From an uncultured Gaiellaceae bacterium (GTDB lineage Bacteria; Actinomycetota; Thermoleophilia; Gaiellales; Gaiellaceae): a stretch of DNA of 64,000 nucleotides. The stretch spans positions 290,743 through 354,742 of the forward strand of contig OY970171.1 in assembly GCA_963707575.1 (NCBI GenBank), in the 5' to 3' direction. The notes beneath the pieces are model-generated. The model was not told where the DNA came from and did no database searches. It saw only the letters and a program-made list of their open reading frames with translations. This document shows, piece by piece, positions 46,716 to 56,118 of this stretch (position 1 is the stretch's first letter; each line of letters starts with the position of its first letter). A program made the translations under genes and the position numbers.

Positions 46716-47366
46716 CTACCCGGGCAGCGGGTCGTCGCGAGCGCCGACCACCGGGGCGTCGACCCGCGTTCGCGAGCGCTCGATCAGCACGGCCGCGGCG
46801 GCGAAGCAGACGAGCCCGACCGGGCCGATCGGCGGCGGGTGGATCGCGAACAGCGCTGCTCCTCCGACGAGCAACGTCACCGGCCAGCCCGCTCCGGAGC
46901 GGCGGAACGCGACCGCGGCGGCGATGGTCGCCACGACCCAGCTCAGGACAGTCACGATCAACGCGACCGACGGGTCGGTGACGAGCCAGTGCTCGTTGTA
47001 GTCCTGGATCGCGTCGGCGACGACGGCCTGCTCGGCGGCAGGCAGCCCGTTCGCGTACTGGACGAGGATGCCGGTGCCGACGCCGACGGACACCTCGTAG
47101 GCGGTGAAGAAGACGAGGAAGAAGGCAACGGCGACGCGGCTCACCAGCGCGGCGCCGCCTTCGAGGCCTCGCAACAGGACGAAGACGGCGATGCCCAGCA
47201 GCGGCAGCAGGAAGAGCATCCCGGCGTGCACGAACAACCAGGCGTCCACGTCGCCACGTACGCCCTCGTAGACGTTGCTGCCGCCGGCGGGATGCCACAA
47301 CAAGATGACTGCAAGCGCCAGCGGGATCGCCACGAGGAACGCGAGCCGAAGGCGGACGAAGGTCAT
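46716..47366 (-). CDS. hypothetical polytopic membrane protein
   Basis: 216 aa with about 6 TM helices. Starts 10 nt downstream of the hydrolase gene stop. Confidence 0.6.
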   Translation of the reverse strand: MTFVRLRLAFLVAIPLALAVILLWHPAGGSNVYEGVRGDVDAWLFVHAGMLFLLPLLGIAVFVLLRGLEGGAALVSRVAVAFFLVFFTAYEVSVGVGTGILVQYANGLPAAEQAVVADAIQDYNEHWLVTDPSVALIVTVLSWVVATIAAAVAFRRSGAGWPVTLLVGGAALFAIHPPPIGPVGLVCFAAAAVLIERSRTRVDAPVVGARDDPLPG

Positions 47367-47376
47367 CGGCTGCGCG

Positions 47377-48675
47377 TCAGCGCTCGAGCAGCGCGTCGTC
47401 GAGGAAGCCCACGACGCGGCGCTCGTACTCCTCCGGCGCGGTGGTGATCCCTGCGACGTGCTGGCCGTTCGGGACCTCCCAGATCCCCTTCGGCTCGCGC
47501 GCGGCCGCGTAGAAGCCCTGGTTCGGCACGGTCTCCGTGCCGCCCTGGCCGTGCTCGCCGTAGACGAAGAGCACGGGCGTCGGCGAGATCTTCGACACGT
47601 CGCTGTGCAGGCTCGGTGGAGGAAGCTGGTTCGTGAAAACGGTCAGGGCAGACGTGAGCACGACCTGGGTCGGGAAATCGAGGAGCCGATCCGACAGTCC
47701 GGGGTTGTCGAGCTCGTCGCGCAGCGACTGACCGCTCGCTCCCTCGGAGACGACGGCCGCGAACGCATCGGAGTCGGCCGCCGCGTGGATCAGCATCTCG
47801 CCGCCCACTGAGAGGCCGATCGCGCCGATCCGGTCGGGGTCGACGTCGTCGCGCGACTGGAGGTATGCGGCCGCGGCGTGCAGGTCGCGGTCGCCGCCCC
47901 AGCCGAAGATGTTCGGATCGCCGTCGCTCGCACCCTCGCCACGGCGGTCGAAGAGCAGCACCCCGTAGCCGTTGCGGACGAGCATCCGCGTCTGCTTCTG
48001 GGGGCCGGAGCGGCCGGGGACGACCATCACCGTCGCGCCGTTTCTCGACGGGACGAACCAGCCCTGGAGCCGGAGGCCGTCGGAGGTCGTGAACGACACG
48101 TCCTCGTGGGCGGCGCCGAGGTCCGGCGTCGGGACGTGCGCTCGGAACGTGTGCGTGACGACTTGGGCGATCACGACGGGGAACATGATCTGGGTCGCCA
48201 CGAGCAGGCCGGCGATCGTGAGCAGGAGGCGCCTTCCGTACCGCCACCGCCGGCTGTCGTCCGTGCGGCGTGTCCTCCAGAGCGTCACGATTCCGAGGCC
48301 GACGAGCACGACGCCGGCAGCGAGCGACAGCCACCCGGTGAAGTCGTCGCCCGAAGCGCCGCCGTTGATGGTGTAGTACACCGCCTCCACGCCGCTCGCG
48401 ATCCCGAAGACGCCGAGGACGAGAGCCCACGCCGCACGTGCGCCGGGCCGCAGGCGGCGATAGACGACTGCGATCCCCACGACGAGGGCGATCGGCAGGA
48501 GCATCAGGTAGTGGTCGCCCGCCGACACGCCCGGCTCGGGTTGGAGGAAGGCGTCGTCGACCAGGTGCAGGGCGACGACGGCAAGCGCCGTCTGCGCCAG
48601 CCCGGCCTCTGTCGCCACCCACGCCCACGCCTCGCCGAGCGACCGCGGGACGTCCTGGTGGGCGACGTGGGTCAC
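47377..48675 (-). CDS. membrane-anchored alpha/beta hydrolase (paralog 1)
   Basis: N-terminal ~4-TM domain, then an alpha/beta-hydrolase/dienelactone-hydrolase-like domain (LLFDRRGEGASDG, nucleophile elbow GLSVGG). GTG 48675 overlaps the mmpL stop (GTGA). Confidence 0.8.
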   Translation of the reverse strand: MTHVAHQDVPRSLGEAWAWVATEAGLAQTALAVVALHLVDDAFLQPEPGVSAGDHYLMLLPIALVVGIAVVYRRLRPGARAAWALVLGVFGIASGVEAVYYTINGGASGDDFTGWLSLAAGVVLVGLGIVTLWRTRRTDDSRRWRYGRRLLLTIAGLLVATQIMFPVVIAQVVTHTFRAHVPTPDLGAAHEDVSFTTSDGLRLQGWFVPSRNGATVMVVPGRSGPQKQTRMLVRNGYGVLLFDRRGEGASDGDPNIFGWGGDRDLHAAAAYLQSRDDVDPDRIGAIGLSVGGEMLIHAAADSDAFAAVVSEGASGQSLRDELDNPGLSDRLLDFPTQVVLTSALTVFTNQLPPPSLHSDVSKISPTPVLFVYGEHGQGGTETVPNQGFYAAAREPKGIWEVPNGQHVAGITTAPEEYERRVVGFLDDALLER

Positions 48676-50915
48676 GACGCGGGCACCGGCGGGGCCTCGA
48701 CGGGCTCGAGCTGCTCGCCGTGCTCGAGATGCGGCAGCCACTCCAGCCACTTCGGCAGGTACCAGTTCCACTCGCCGAGCAGCTTCATCGAGGCCGGCAG
48801 CAGCACGCCGCGGATGATCGTCGCGTCGATCAGGACCGCGGTCGCGAGCCCCACGCCGAACTGCTTGAAGATCATCATCCCGAGCGTGGCGAAGACGGAG
48901 AAGACGGCGACCATGACGATCGCCGCGCTCGTGACGACGCCGGCGGTCGACTTGATCCCGTGCGAGATCGCCTCGTCGGTCGTGGCGCCGCCGTCGTAGG
49001 TCTCGCGGATCCGGCTCAGGATGAAGACGTGGTAGTCCATCGAGAGCCCGAACAGGATCACGAACAGCAGGATGGGCAGGAACGGGTCGATCCCGGCCGT
49101 CGACTCGAAGTCGAGCAGCCCCTTGCCGTAGCCGTGCTGGAAGACGAGCACGAGCACGCCGTAGGCGGCGCCGACCGACAGCAGGTTGAGCACGATCGCC
49201 TTGAGCGCGATCACGATCGAGCGGAACGCGAACAGCATGAGCAGGAACGCGAAGACGAGCACGAATCCGAACACGAGCGGCACGACCGACCTCAGCTTCG
49301 TGCTGAAGTCCTTCGACTCCGCCGTCAGCCCGGTCACACCGGACTCGACGCCCGGGACGGCCCCCAGCGTTGCCGGAAGGATGTCGTCACGCAGCGCCGC
49401 CAGCGCGGCGTTCGAGGCGGCGTCGGTGCCGTTGCCGTCGATCGGGATGGCGATGTTGGCGACGGTCGCGTCCTCGTTCAGGTCGACGGTGATCGGCTGG
49501 TGCATCCCTCCCGCGGCGAGCGCGCTCTCCTTCAGGTCGTCGATCGCCGCACGCACCTCCGGTGCGTTCACGTTCGGCGCCCCGACGACGACGTTGGCGG
49601 GGATCTCCGTGCCGGGGAAGGCCGCCTGGAGCCGCTGGTAGGTCTGCATCACCGGGAGCGACTGCGGGTACGAGTCTGGGCCCGCGAAGACGGTGCGCAG
49701 CTGCAAGGCGGGGATGGCGAGCGTGACGAGCAACCCGCCGGCCAGGACGACCGACAGCACCGGACGGCGCAGGACGCGGTCGATGATCGCGCCCCAGATC
49801 CGGCCCTCGCCGCGGTCGCGCCGCAGTCGGCCGACGAACGGGACGCGTAGCCGGTCGACGTTGTCGCCGAGCTTGGACAGCACGGCGGGCAGGACCGTCA
49901 GGGAGCCGACCATGGCGACGGCGACGACGAGCATCGTCGCGAGCCCGAACGAGGCGAAGCCCTTGTCGCCCGTCAGGAACATGCCGCCCATGGCGACCAT
50001 CACGGTCAGCCCCGAGATGAGCACCGAGCGGCCCGACGTGGCGGCTGCGGCCTCGAGCGCCGCTTGCTCGCTGCGGCCGGCGGCCCGCTCCTCGCGCTCT
50101 CGCTTGAGGTAGAAGAGCGAGTAGTCGACCCCGACTGCGAGTCCGATCAGGAGCACGATCGCGGGCACCGACTCGTCCATCGGCAAGAGGTAGCTCAGCG
50201 GCCCGAGCAGCCCGAGCGTCGCGAACACGGCGGTCAGGGCGAGCAGCAACGGGATCCCGGCGGCCACGAGCGCTCCGAAGGCGATCACGAGGATGAGCAG
50301 GGTGATCGGGACGGAGATCATGCCGGCCTTCTTCAGGTCGTCCAAGAACGAGGCCGTCAACGCCTTGTCGGCGCTCGCATCCCCGAAGCCTCCGACGAAG
50401 AGCTCGGGGTGGGCGCTCTGGACCTTCTCGATCGAGGCAGTGACGGGATCGATCAGATCGGCCGCCTTGTCCGAGTCGCCGCGGATCTGGTACTCGACGA
50501 GGGCGGAGCGGCCGTCCTCGGAGATCTGGCCGGCGTTCTCGCTCACGAGCGGCGAGCGGATCTTCGTCACGGCGTCCTGAAGGACGAGCGCGGCCACGAC
50601 GTCGTCGATCGCCGCCTCGAAGGCAGGATCGTCGGCCTGCAGCGAGGAGCTCTGGACGAGCACGCTCTCGCCGGCCGGCTGCTCGAAGCCTTCGGCCAGA
50701 AGCTTGTCGACGCGGCCCGACTCGCCCGGGCCGGCGGTGTCGAGATCGATCGTCTGCGTCCCGACGGCAGTGCCGATCGCGAACGCGACCACGACGAACC
50801 CGAGCCAGCCAAAGATGGCGATCTTGCGGTGTCGCGCGCTCCAGCGCGCCATTCGGGCGGCGATGTTCGTCGCGGGCCTCTGGGTCGCCTCGTCGTGGTT
50901 CACACGCGTCGTCAT
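48672..50915 (-). CDS. MMPL family RND-type transporter
   Basis: 747 aa with 12-TM, two-periplasmic-loop architecture. VDYSLFYL and MDYHVFILSRIRE motifs. SD GAGAGGAG upstream. Confidence 0.9.
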   Translation of the reverse strand: MTTRVNHDEATQRPATNIAARMARWSARHRKIAIFGWLGFVVVAFAIGTAVGTQTIDLDTAGPGESGRVDKLLAEGFEQPAGESVLVQSSSLQADDPAFEAAIDDVVAALVLQDAVTKIRSPLVSENAGQISEDGRSALVEYQIRGDSDKAADLIDPVTASIEKVQSAHPELFVGGFGDASADKALTASFLDDLKKAGMISVPITLLILVIAFGALVAAGIPLLLALTAVFATLGLLGPLSYLLPMDESVPAIVLLIGLAVGVDYSLFYLKREREERAAGRSEQAALEAAAATSGRSVLISGLTVMVAMGGMFLTGDKGFASFGLATMLVVAVAMVGSLTVLPAVLSKLGDNVDRLRVPFVGRLRRDRGEGRIWGAIIDRVLRRPVLSVVLAGGLLVTLAIPALQLRTVFAGPDSYPQSLPVMQTYQRLQAAFPGTEIPANVVVGAPNVNAPEVRAAIDDLKESALAAGGMHQPITVDLNEDATVANIAIPIDGNGTDAASNAALAALRDDILPATLGAVPGVESGVTGLTAESKDFSTKLRSVVPLVFGFVLVFAFLLMLFAFRSIVIALKAIVLNLLSVGAAYGVLVLVFQHGYGKGLLDFESTAGIDPFLPILLFVILFGLSMDYHVFILSRIRETYDGGATTDEAISHGIKSTAGVVTSAAIVMVAVFSVFATLGMMIFKQFGVGLATAVLIDATIIRGVLLPASMKLLGEWNWYLPKWLEWLPHLEHGEQLEPVEAPPVPAS

Positions 50916-50944
50916 CGGTGCTCCTCTCGGCCGTGCGCAGGTGA

Positions 50945-51017
50945 CTTCACGTTCGCACCGGGGCCGCCGCCCAGGAAGGCGGGAGACTTCCGGTTTCGAG
51001 GGGCGGGTTTCTGGTGG
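50945..51017 (-). promoter_or_regulatory. conserved upstream module, copy 1 (44-nt box + 22-nt spacer + CGTGAAG), upstream of mmpL
   Basis: Minus strand: CCACCAGAAACCCGCCCCTCGAAACCGGAAGTCTCCCGCCTTCC-N22-CGTGAAG. Begins immediately after the response-regulator stop codon. 29 nt separate it from the mmpL ATG. Confidence 0.6.
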
Positions 51018-51662
51018 CTACGAGCGCAGGTACATGAGCACCGCGAGCACGCGGCGCGACTCGGTGCCCGTGGAGGGCAGCCCGAGCTTTCCGAACACGC
51101 TGGAGACGTACTTCTCCGCCGAGCGCAGCGTGATCACGAGCTTGTCGGCGATCCCCTGGTTGGAGCGGCCCTCCGCCATCAGCTCGAGCACCTCCCGCTC
51201 GCGCGGCGTCAGCTCGGCGAGCGGGTCGTCGCTGCGCCGCTTCGCGATCAGGGTCGAGACGATGGTCGGATCGATGGCCGAGCCGCCGGCACCCACACGC
51301 CGGACGGCGCCGACGAACTCGTCCACATCGCCGATCCGGTCCTTGAGCAGGTAGCCCACGCCTTCCGCGGAGTCGGCGAGCAGCTTCATCGCCAGCCCCA
51401 GCTCCATGTACTGCGAGACCACGAGGACGCCCACCGACGGGTGGGCGGCGCGGATCTCGACGGCCGCCCGGATGCCCTCGTCGCTGTGGGTCGGTGGCAG
51501 GCGGATGTCGACGATCGCCACGTCGGGCGCGTAGCTGCGCACTTTCAGCATCAGCTCCTCGGCGGTCGCGCAACTGCCCACGACGTCGAGCCCTGCGCTC
51601 TCGAGCACATGTCCGATCCCCTCGCGCAGCAGCACGCTGTCCTCGGCGATCACGGCACGCAT
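51018..51662 (-). CDS. NarL/LuxR-family response regulator
   Basis: 214 aa. REC domain (VIAEDSVLLREG...VDIRLPP) plus a LuxR HTH (LTPREREVLELMAEGRSNQGIADKL.IT..S.EKYV). Confidence 0.9.
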   Translation of the reverse strand: MRAVIAEDSVLLREGIGHVLESAGLDVVGSCATAEELMLKVRSYAPDVAIVDIRLPPTHSDEGIRAAVEIRAAHPSVGVLVVSQYMELGLAMKLLADSAEGVGYLLKDRIGDVDEFVGAVRRVGAGGSAIDPTIVSTLIAKRRSDDPLAELTPREREVLELMAEGRSNQGIADKLVITLRSAEKYVSSVFGKLGLPSTGTESRRVLAVLMYLRS

Positions 51663-53431
51663 GGGATCTCCGCCCTCACCCGCGTTCCGCCTCCCTGCGG
51701 GCTCCACACCCGCAGGCGGCCGTCGAGCGTCTCGACGCGGTCGGCCAGCCCGCGCAGCCCCGTGCCGCGCTCGGTATCGGCGCCGCCCAGGCCGTCGTCG
51801 ACGACCTCGATCACGACGACGCCGTCCTCCCGTGTCACCTCGACGGACGCCGAGGACGCCGCCGCGTACTTGCCGATGTTCGTGAGGCACTCCGACACGA
51901 GGTAGTACGCGGCCACCTCGATCGCCTCGGACAGGCGGCCGTCGGTGGTCACCGTGAGCAGCACGGGGACCGGCGCCCGCACCGTGAGCGATTCGAGGGC
52001 GACCTCCAGCCCATGGCCGCTGACGACGGCCGGGTGCAGCCCGCGCGCGAGCTCGCGGAGCTCCTCGAGCGACGCGCCCACCTCGCGGCGTGCGAGATCG
52101 AGCCGCCGGCGCGCATCCTCGTCGTGGCCGAGCCGCTCCTCCAGCATCCGCAGCTCGAGCGACAGCGCGACGAGGCGCTGCTGCGCGCCGTCGTGCAGGT
52201 TCCGCTCCAGCCGCTGCCGCTCCTTCAGCCCTGCCTCGACGATCCGCGCCCGCGAGCCACGCAGCTCCAGGAGACGTGCCCGCAGGTCGACGTGCAGGCG
52301 TGCGTTCTCGATCGCGATCGCCGCCGCCGCTTTGACCGCGAACAGCAGCTCGGGCTCGTCGAGCAGCGACCGGTCGTGCACGAGCGCCGCCACGTGATCC
52401 CCGTCGCGGTCGATCAGAGTCGTGGCCTGGCGGCCGTTCCCGTCCGGGAGGTCGACGGGAAGAGCCTCCAGGTCGGCGTAGCGACCGAACTCCGGCAGCC
52501 AGTAGGCGAGCGTCGCGGAGGGGTCGCGCAGCGCACGTGCGATCGCTGCCCGCAGCTCGGCCGGAGCCGGATCGGAGCGCAGCTCGACGAACAGCTCTCC
52601 GACGGACGAGCGGGCCAGGCGCGAGTGCAGCAGACCAACCAGGAAGGCGATGGGCGCCAGCCCGAGCGTGACGAAGGTGGCCCAGCGGATCTGCGGGACC
52701 GCGGGGCCGCCGAAGACGAGGGAAACGAAGAGGAACGAGATCATCAGCAGCCCGAGCGCGAACGCATCGACGAGCAGCGCGAGCGAGCGGCGCAAGGGCC
52801 GCCCGGAACGCCGTCTGCGGACGGCGAGGACGGCGACGCCGGCCAGGCACGCGCCGCTCACGATCAGAAGCTGCGTGTGCGTGGCCCAGTCGGTCACGCC
52901 CTGGTTCGCCGAGAGCTCGAGCAGGTTGCGCGGCCCGAAGCCGCCGAAGGCCAGCCGGAAGAACTGGAGCCCGATCGCGGCCGCGTAGGCGGTGCCCACG
53001 AGACGGCGCTCGAACCGCGTTTCCAGCCGGCCGCTCGGGAAGGCCAAGAACACGTGCAGGAAGAGCACGGGCGGCAGCAGGTCGAAGACCTGCCCGATCG
53101 TGAAGGCGACGTCGTTCGTCGTCCACGAGAGCGTCGTGACGTAGTTCACGAAGCCCGCCACGATCATCAGCGGCCCGAACCGGCTCTCGGGCCGCCGCCA
53201 CCACGCGATCAGGCCGCAGAAGACGTAGGAGAGGGTGATCCAGTCCGCGAGCAGCGCGATCACGAGCGGCTCGCCCAGCTCGGTCCCGATCGCCTCGTTC
53301 CGCAGCGCGAAGACCAGCGAGGACGCGCCGGCGGCACAGCCGGCGAGCGTGAGCGCCCAGAGCGCGGCGGGCGTCGGCGGTCGGCCGGCGACGGGTTCAG
53401 CGAGAGAAGCGGGCGCAGCGATGGTCGCCAT
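51650..53431 (-). CDS. sensor histidine kinase (HisKA_3/NarX-LiaS type) with large polytopic N-terminal membrane domain
   Basis: 593 aa with about 8 TM helices. H-box ERNLHDGAQQRLVAL. HATPase_c (CLTNIGKYA, DDGLGGA, GTGLRGLADRV). 13-nt overlap with the RR gene. Confidence 0.85.
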   Translation of the reverse strand: MATIAAPASLAEPVAGRPPTPAALWALTLAGCAAGASSLVFALRNEAIGTELGEPLVIALLADWITLSYVFCGLIAWWRRPESRFGPLMIVAGFVNYVTTLSWTTNDVAFTIGQVFDLLPPVLFLHVFLAFPSGRLETRFERRLVGTAYAAAIGLQFFRLAFGGFGPRNLLELSANQGVTDWATHTQLLIVSGACLAGVAVLAVRRRRSGRPLRRSLALLVDAFALGLLMISFLFVSLVFGGPAVPQIRWATFVTLGLAPIAFLVGLLHSRLARSSVGELFVELRSDPAPAELRAAIARALRDPSATLAYWLPEFGRYADLEALPVDLPDGNGRQATTLIDRDGDHVAALVHDRSLLDEPELLFAVKAAAAIAIENARLHVDLRARLLELRGSRARIVEAGLKERQRLERNLHDGAQQRLVALSLELRMLEERLGHDEDARRRLDLARREVGASLEELRELARGLHPAVVSGHGLEVALESLTVRAPVPVLLTVTTDGRLSEAIEVAAYYLVSECLTNIGKYAAASSASVEVTREDGVVVIEVVDDGLGGADTERGTGLRGLADRVETLDGRLRVWSPQGGGTRVRAEIPCVP

Positions 53432-53556
53432 CGTGGGCTCCGTCCTGCAGGGAACGAGGTAGGCCCCAACATCGACACTAGCGCTGCTTCCGCGCGATTA
53501 CCAGCGTGGCGGCCCGGGGAGCGAAGCGTTGAGTTCCACGATCCGAGGAGGATGGA

Positions 53557-53952
53557 ATGGCCGGTTACACCAAGCTCAACCTGAAGCAAGACGTGAAGGA
53601 CATGGCCCCGGAGTTCGGGCTCTCGCCGGGCCTCGAGTCGCGGTTCGGCCGCGTCCCGCTCGAGCTCGAGCAGACGGGGCTGAGCTACTTCAAGATCGGT
53701 CCGGAGTTCCGCACGCCGTTCGGGCACCGGCACACCGAGCAGGAGGAGCTCTATCTCGTCGTCGCCGGCAGCGCCCGCGTCAAGCTCGACGACGACGTCG
53801 TCGAGCTGCAGCAATGGGACGTCGTCCGGATCCCGCCCGGGACGATGCGGGCCCTCGAAGGCGGCCCCGACGGCGCCGAGGTGGTCGCCTTCAGCGCGCC
53901 GAACAACGAGAACAAGGACATCGAGATGGAACAGGGCTGGTGGAGCGACTGA
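53557..53952 (+). CDS. cupin domain protein
   Basis: 131 aa. Cupin motifs GHRHTEQEELYLVVAG and WDVVRIPPGT. SD GAGGAGGA upstream. Confidence 0.8.
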   Translation: MAGYTKLNLKQDVKDMAPEFGLSPGLESRFGRVPLELEQTGLSYFKIGPEFRTPFGHRHTEQEELYLVVAGSARVKLDDDVVELQQWDVVRIPPGTMRALEGGPDGAEVVAFSAPNNENKDIEMEQGWWSD

Positions 53953-53983
53953 CACGACCCTCCGGCAGGAATAGGATCGCGTC

Positions 53984-54400
53984 ATGCGGCTGCGCAAGGA
54001 CGCGAAGATCGAGTTGATCGCACGGGTGCCGCTCTTCGGGCACTGCACGAAGAAGGAGCTCGGAGCGATCGCGGCGCGGGCCGACGAGCTGTCGCTGCCC
54101 GAGGGTAGGGAGCTGGTGCGGCAGGGCGAGCGCGGCCGGGAGTTCGTCGTGATCGTCGACGGGGCAGCCGACGTGCGCAGGAACGGACGCAAGATCAACG
54201 AGCTCGGGCGCGGAGACTTCCTCGGCGAGATCGCCCTGCTCTCGGGTGCCCCGCGCACCGCCACCGTCACGACGACGACCCCGACGCGGATCCTCGTCCT
54301 TACCGACAGCGCCTTCAAGAGCGTCACCACCGAGCTGCCGTCCGTGCAGACGAGGCTGCTCGCCGCGCTCTCGGCGCGCCTGCACGACGACGCCTTCTAG
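53984..54400 (+). CDS. stand-alone cyclic-nucleotide-binding domain protein
   Basis: 138 aa. Motifs: VPLFGHCTKKELGAIA, GDFLGEIALLSGAPRTATV. Confidence 0.85.
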   Translation: MRLRKDAKIELIARVPLFGHCTKKELGAIAARADELSLPEGRELVRQGERGREFVVIVDGAADVRRNGRKINELGRGDFLGEIALLSGAPRTATVTTTTPTRILVLTDSAFKSVTTELPSVQTRLLAALSARLHDDAF

Positions 54401-55197
54401 TCGATCAGCTTCCGCGTCATGGCGCCGATCGCGACCCGCCAGAGGGCGAGCCCGAAGAGCACGAGCGCGCCGACGCGCAGGAGATCTGTCCAGCCCTCGA
54501 AGCCGAAGACCGCGTGCCGCACGAGCTCGACGGTGTGGTAGAGCGGGTTGAAGTTCGCCAGGAACTGCGCCCAGCCGGGCAGGGTGTCGATGGGGAAGAA
54601 CGTCCCCGCGACGAGGAAGAGCGGCGTCAGGACGGCGCTGACGACGTAGTTGAAGTTCTCGAAGGACTTGGAGAACCCGGCGACGGAGATCCCGAAGCAC
54701 GCCCAGCCGAAGCCGGAGATCCAGGCGATGTAGGGCACGAGGAGCATCCCCCACGACGGATCGAGCCCGAAGACCATCGCCACGAGCATGGGCACGCACC
54801 CGTACACGCCGGCACGCGTGGCGATCCAGAGCGCCTCGGCGGTGACAAGCTCCTCGGTGTCCACGGGCGCGGCGAGAATCGCGTCGTACGTGCGCTGGAA
54901 CTGGTACTTGACGAACGTCCCGAACATGGCCGGGAAGGCGCTCGAGAAGAGCACGGCCGTCGCGACGGTGCCGGTCCCGACGAACTCCACGTACTCGTAG
55001 CCGCCGATCTGGCCGACAAGCGCCCCGAAGCCGAAGCCGAACGCGAGCAGGTAGATCGTCGGCTCCACGGTCGACGAGAACGTGGAGGACTTCCAGTACG
55101 ACGAGAAGTTGACGACCTCGCGCACGAGCACGCCGGTGAGAGCAGAGCGCTCGAACCGGCCGAGTCGGCGGGGTCGTGGCTGGGTCGCAGCCTCCAT
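54397..55197 (-). CDS. ABC-2 type exporter permease (DrrB/NodJ-like)
   Basis: 266 aa with 6 TM helices. ATGA overlap with the upstream ATPase gene. Confidence 0.85.
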   Translation of the reverse strand: MEAATQPRPRRLGRFERSALTGVLVREVVNFSSYWKSSTFSSTVEPTIYLLAFGFGFGALVGQIGGYEYVEFVGTGTVATAVLFSSAFPAMFGTFVKYQFQRTYDAILAAPVDTEELVTAEALWIATRAGVYGCVPMLVAMVFGLDPSWGMLLVPYIAWISGFGWACFGISVAGFSKSFENFNYVVSAVLTPLFLVAGTFFPIDTLPGWAQFLANFNPLYHTVELVRHAVFGFEGWTDLLRVGALVLFGLALWRVAIGAMTRKLID

Positions 55198-56093
55198 CAG
55201 GCGATCTCCTCGCCGGTGAGGAGCACGAAGACGTCCTCGAGGTTCGCCGGACGCCGCTCGCCCTCGATGCCGAGGCCGTTGCCGTTGTCGATCCCGAGGA
55301 TGGAGACGCTCGTGCCGGTTCGGCGGGTCCGCAGCCCCGACGCGCTCGCCTCGCCCTCGACCTCCGCCAGTCGCGCCGGCGGGCCGTACACCTCGAGCAC
55401 CTCGTTCCCGGCGTGCTCGCTGACGAGCGCCGAGGGCGAGCCCGCGGCGACGGCCTTGCCGTGCGACATGATCAACACCGTGTCCGCGAGGCGCTCCGCC
55501 TCCTCGATGTAGTGCGTCGACATCAGGATCGTCGTGCCCTCGCTGCGGAGCGCGTCGATCAGCGCCCAGAGCTCCTGGCGCACCTGCGGGTCGAGCCCCA
55601 CCGTCGGCTCGTCCAGGAGCACGAGCCGGGGCCGGTGCACGAGCGCCCGGGCGATCAACAGCCGCCGGCGCATGCCGCCGGAGAGCTTGTCGACGCGGGT
55701 GTCCCGCCGGTCGACGAGCTTGGCCATCACGAGCGCGCGCTCGATCGCCTCGCGCCGGTCCGCACGGCCGATCCGGTACAGGTGCGCGAACACGAGCAGG
55801 TTCTGCTCGACCGTGAGCGTGACGTCGAGGTTGTCCAGCTGAGGCGTCACGCCGAGCTGTGCGCGCGCCTGCTTCGACTCCTCGGGCAGCTTGAAGCCGA
55901 GCACGTCCAGCTCGCCCTCGTCGGCGATCGCCTGCGCCGTCAGCAGCCGCATCGTCGTCGATTTGCCCGCGCCGTTCGGGCCGAGCAGGCCGACGCACGT
56001 GCCCTCGGGCACGTCGAGGTCGAGCCCGGCGACGGCGGTGATCGCGCCGTAGCGCTTCACCGCGCCGCGCAGCCGGATCGCCAGCTGGGTCAC
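55197..56093 (-). CDS. ABC exporter ATP-binding protein (DrrA/NodI-like)
   Basis: Walker A GPNGAGKST, signature LSGGMRRRL, Walker B LVLLDEPTVGLD. GTG start at 56093. Confidence 0.9.
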   Translation of the reverse strand: MTQLAIRLRGAVKRYGAITAVAGLDLDVPEGTCVGLLGPNGAGKSTTMRLLTAQAIADEGELDVLGFKLPEESKQARAQLGVTPQLDNLDVTLTVEQNLLVFAHLYRIGRADRREAIERALVMAKLVDRRDTRVDKLSGGMRRRLLIARALVHRPRLVLLDEPTVGLDPQVRQELWALIDALRSEGTTILMSTHYIEEAERLADTVLIMSHGKAVAAGSPSALVSEHAGNEVLEVYGPPARLAEVEGEASASGLRTRRTGTSVSILGIDNGNGLGIEGERRPANLEDVFVLLTGEEIA

Positions 56094-56118
56094 CTGTTCA
56101 CCTTACTGACGGCCCCGC

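Noticed and set aside
50990-51010. The GGTTTCGAGGGG / GGTTCGAGGGG segment inside the conserved module looked like a tRNA T-arm (GGTTCGA), suggesting a tRNA remnant or att site.
   Set aside because: The flanks do not form a T-stem or an acceptor stem, and no cloverleaf can be drawn. The three copies are only about 70% identical, which fits a regulatory motif better than att repeats. No integrase is nearby.
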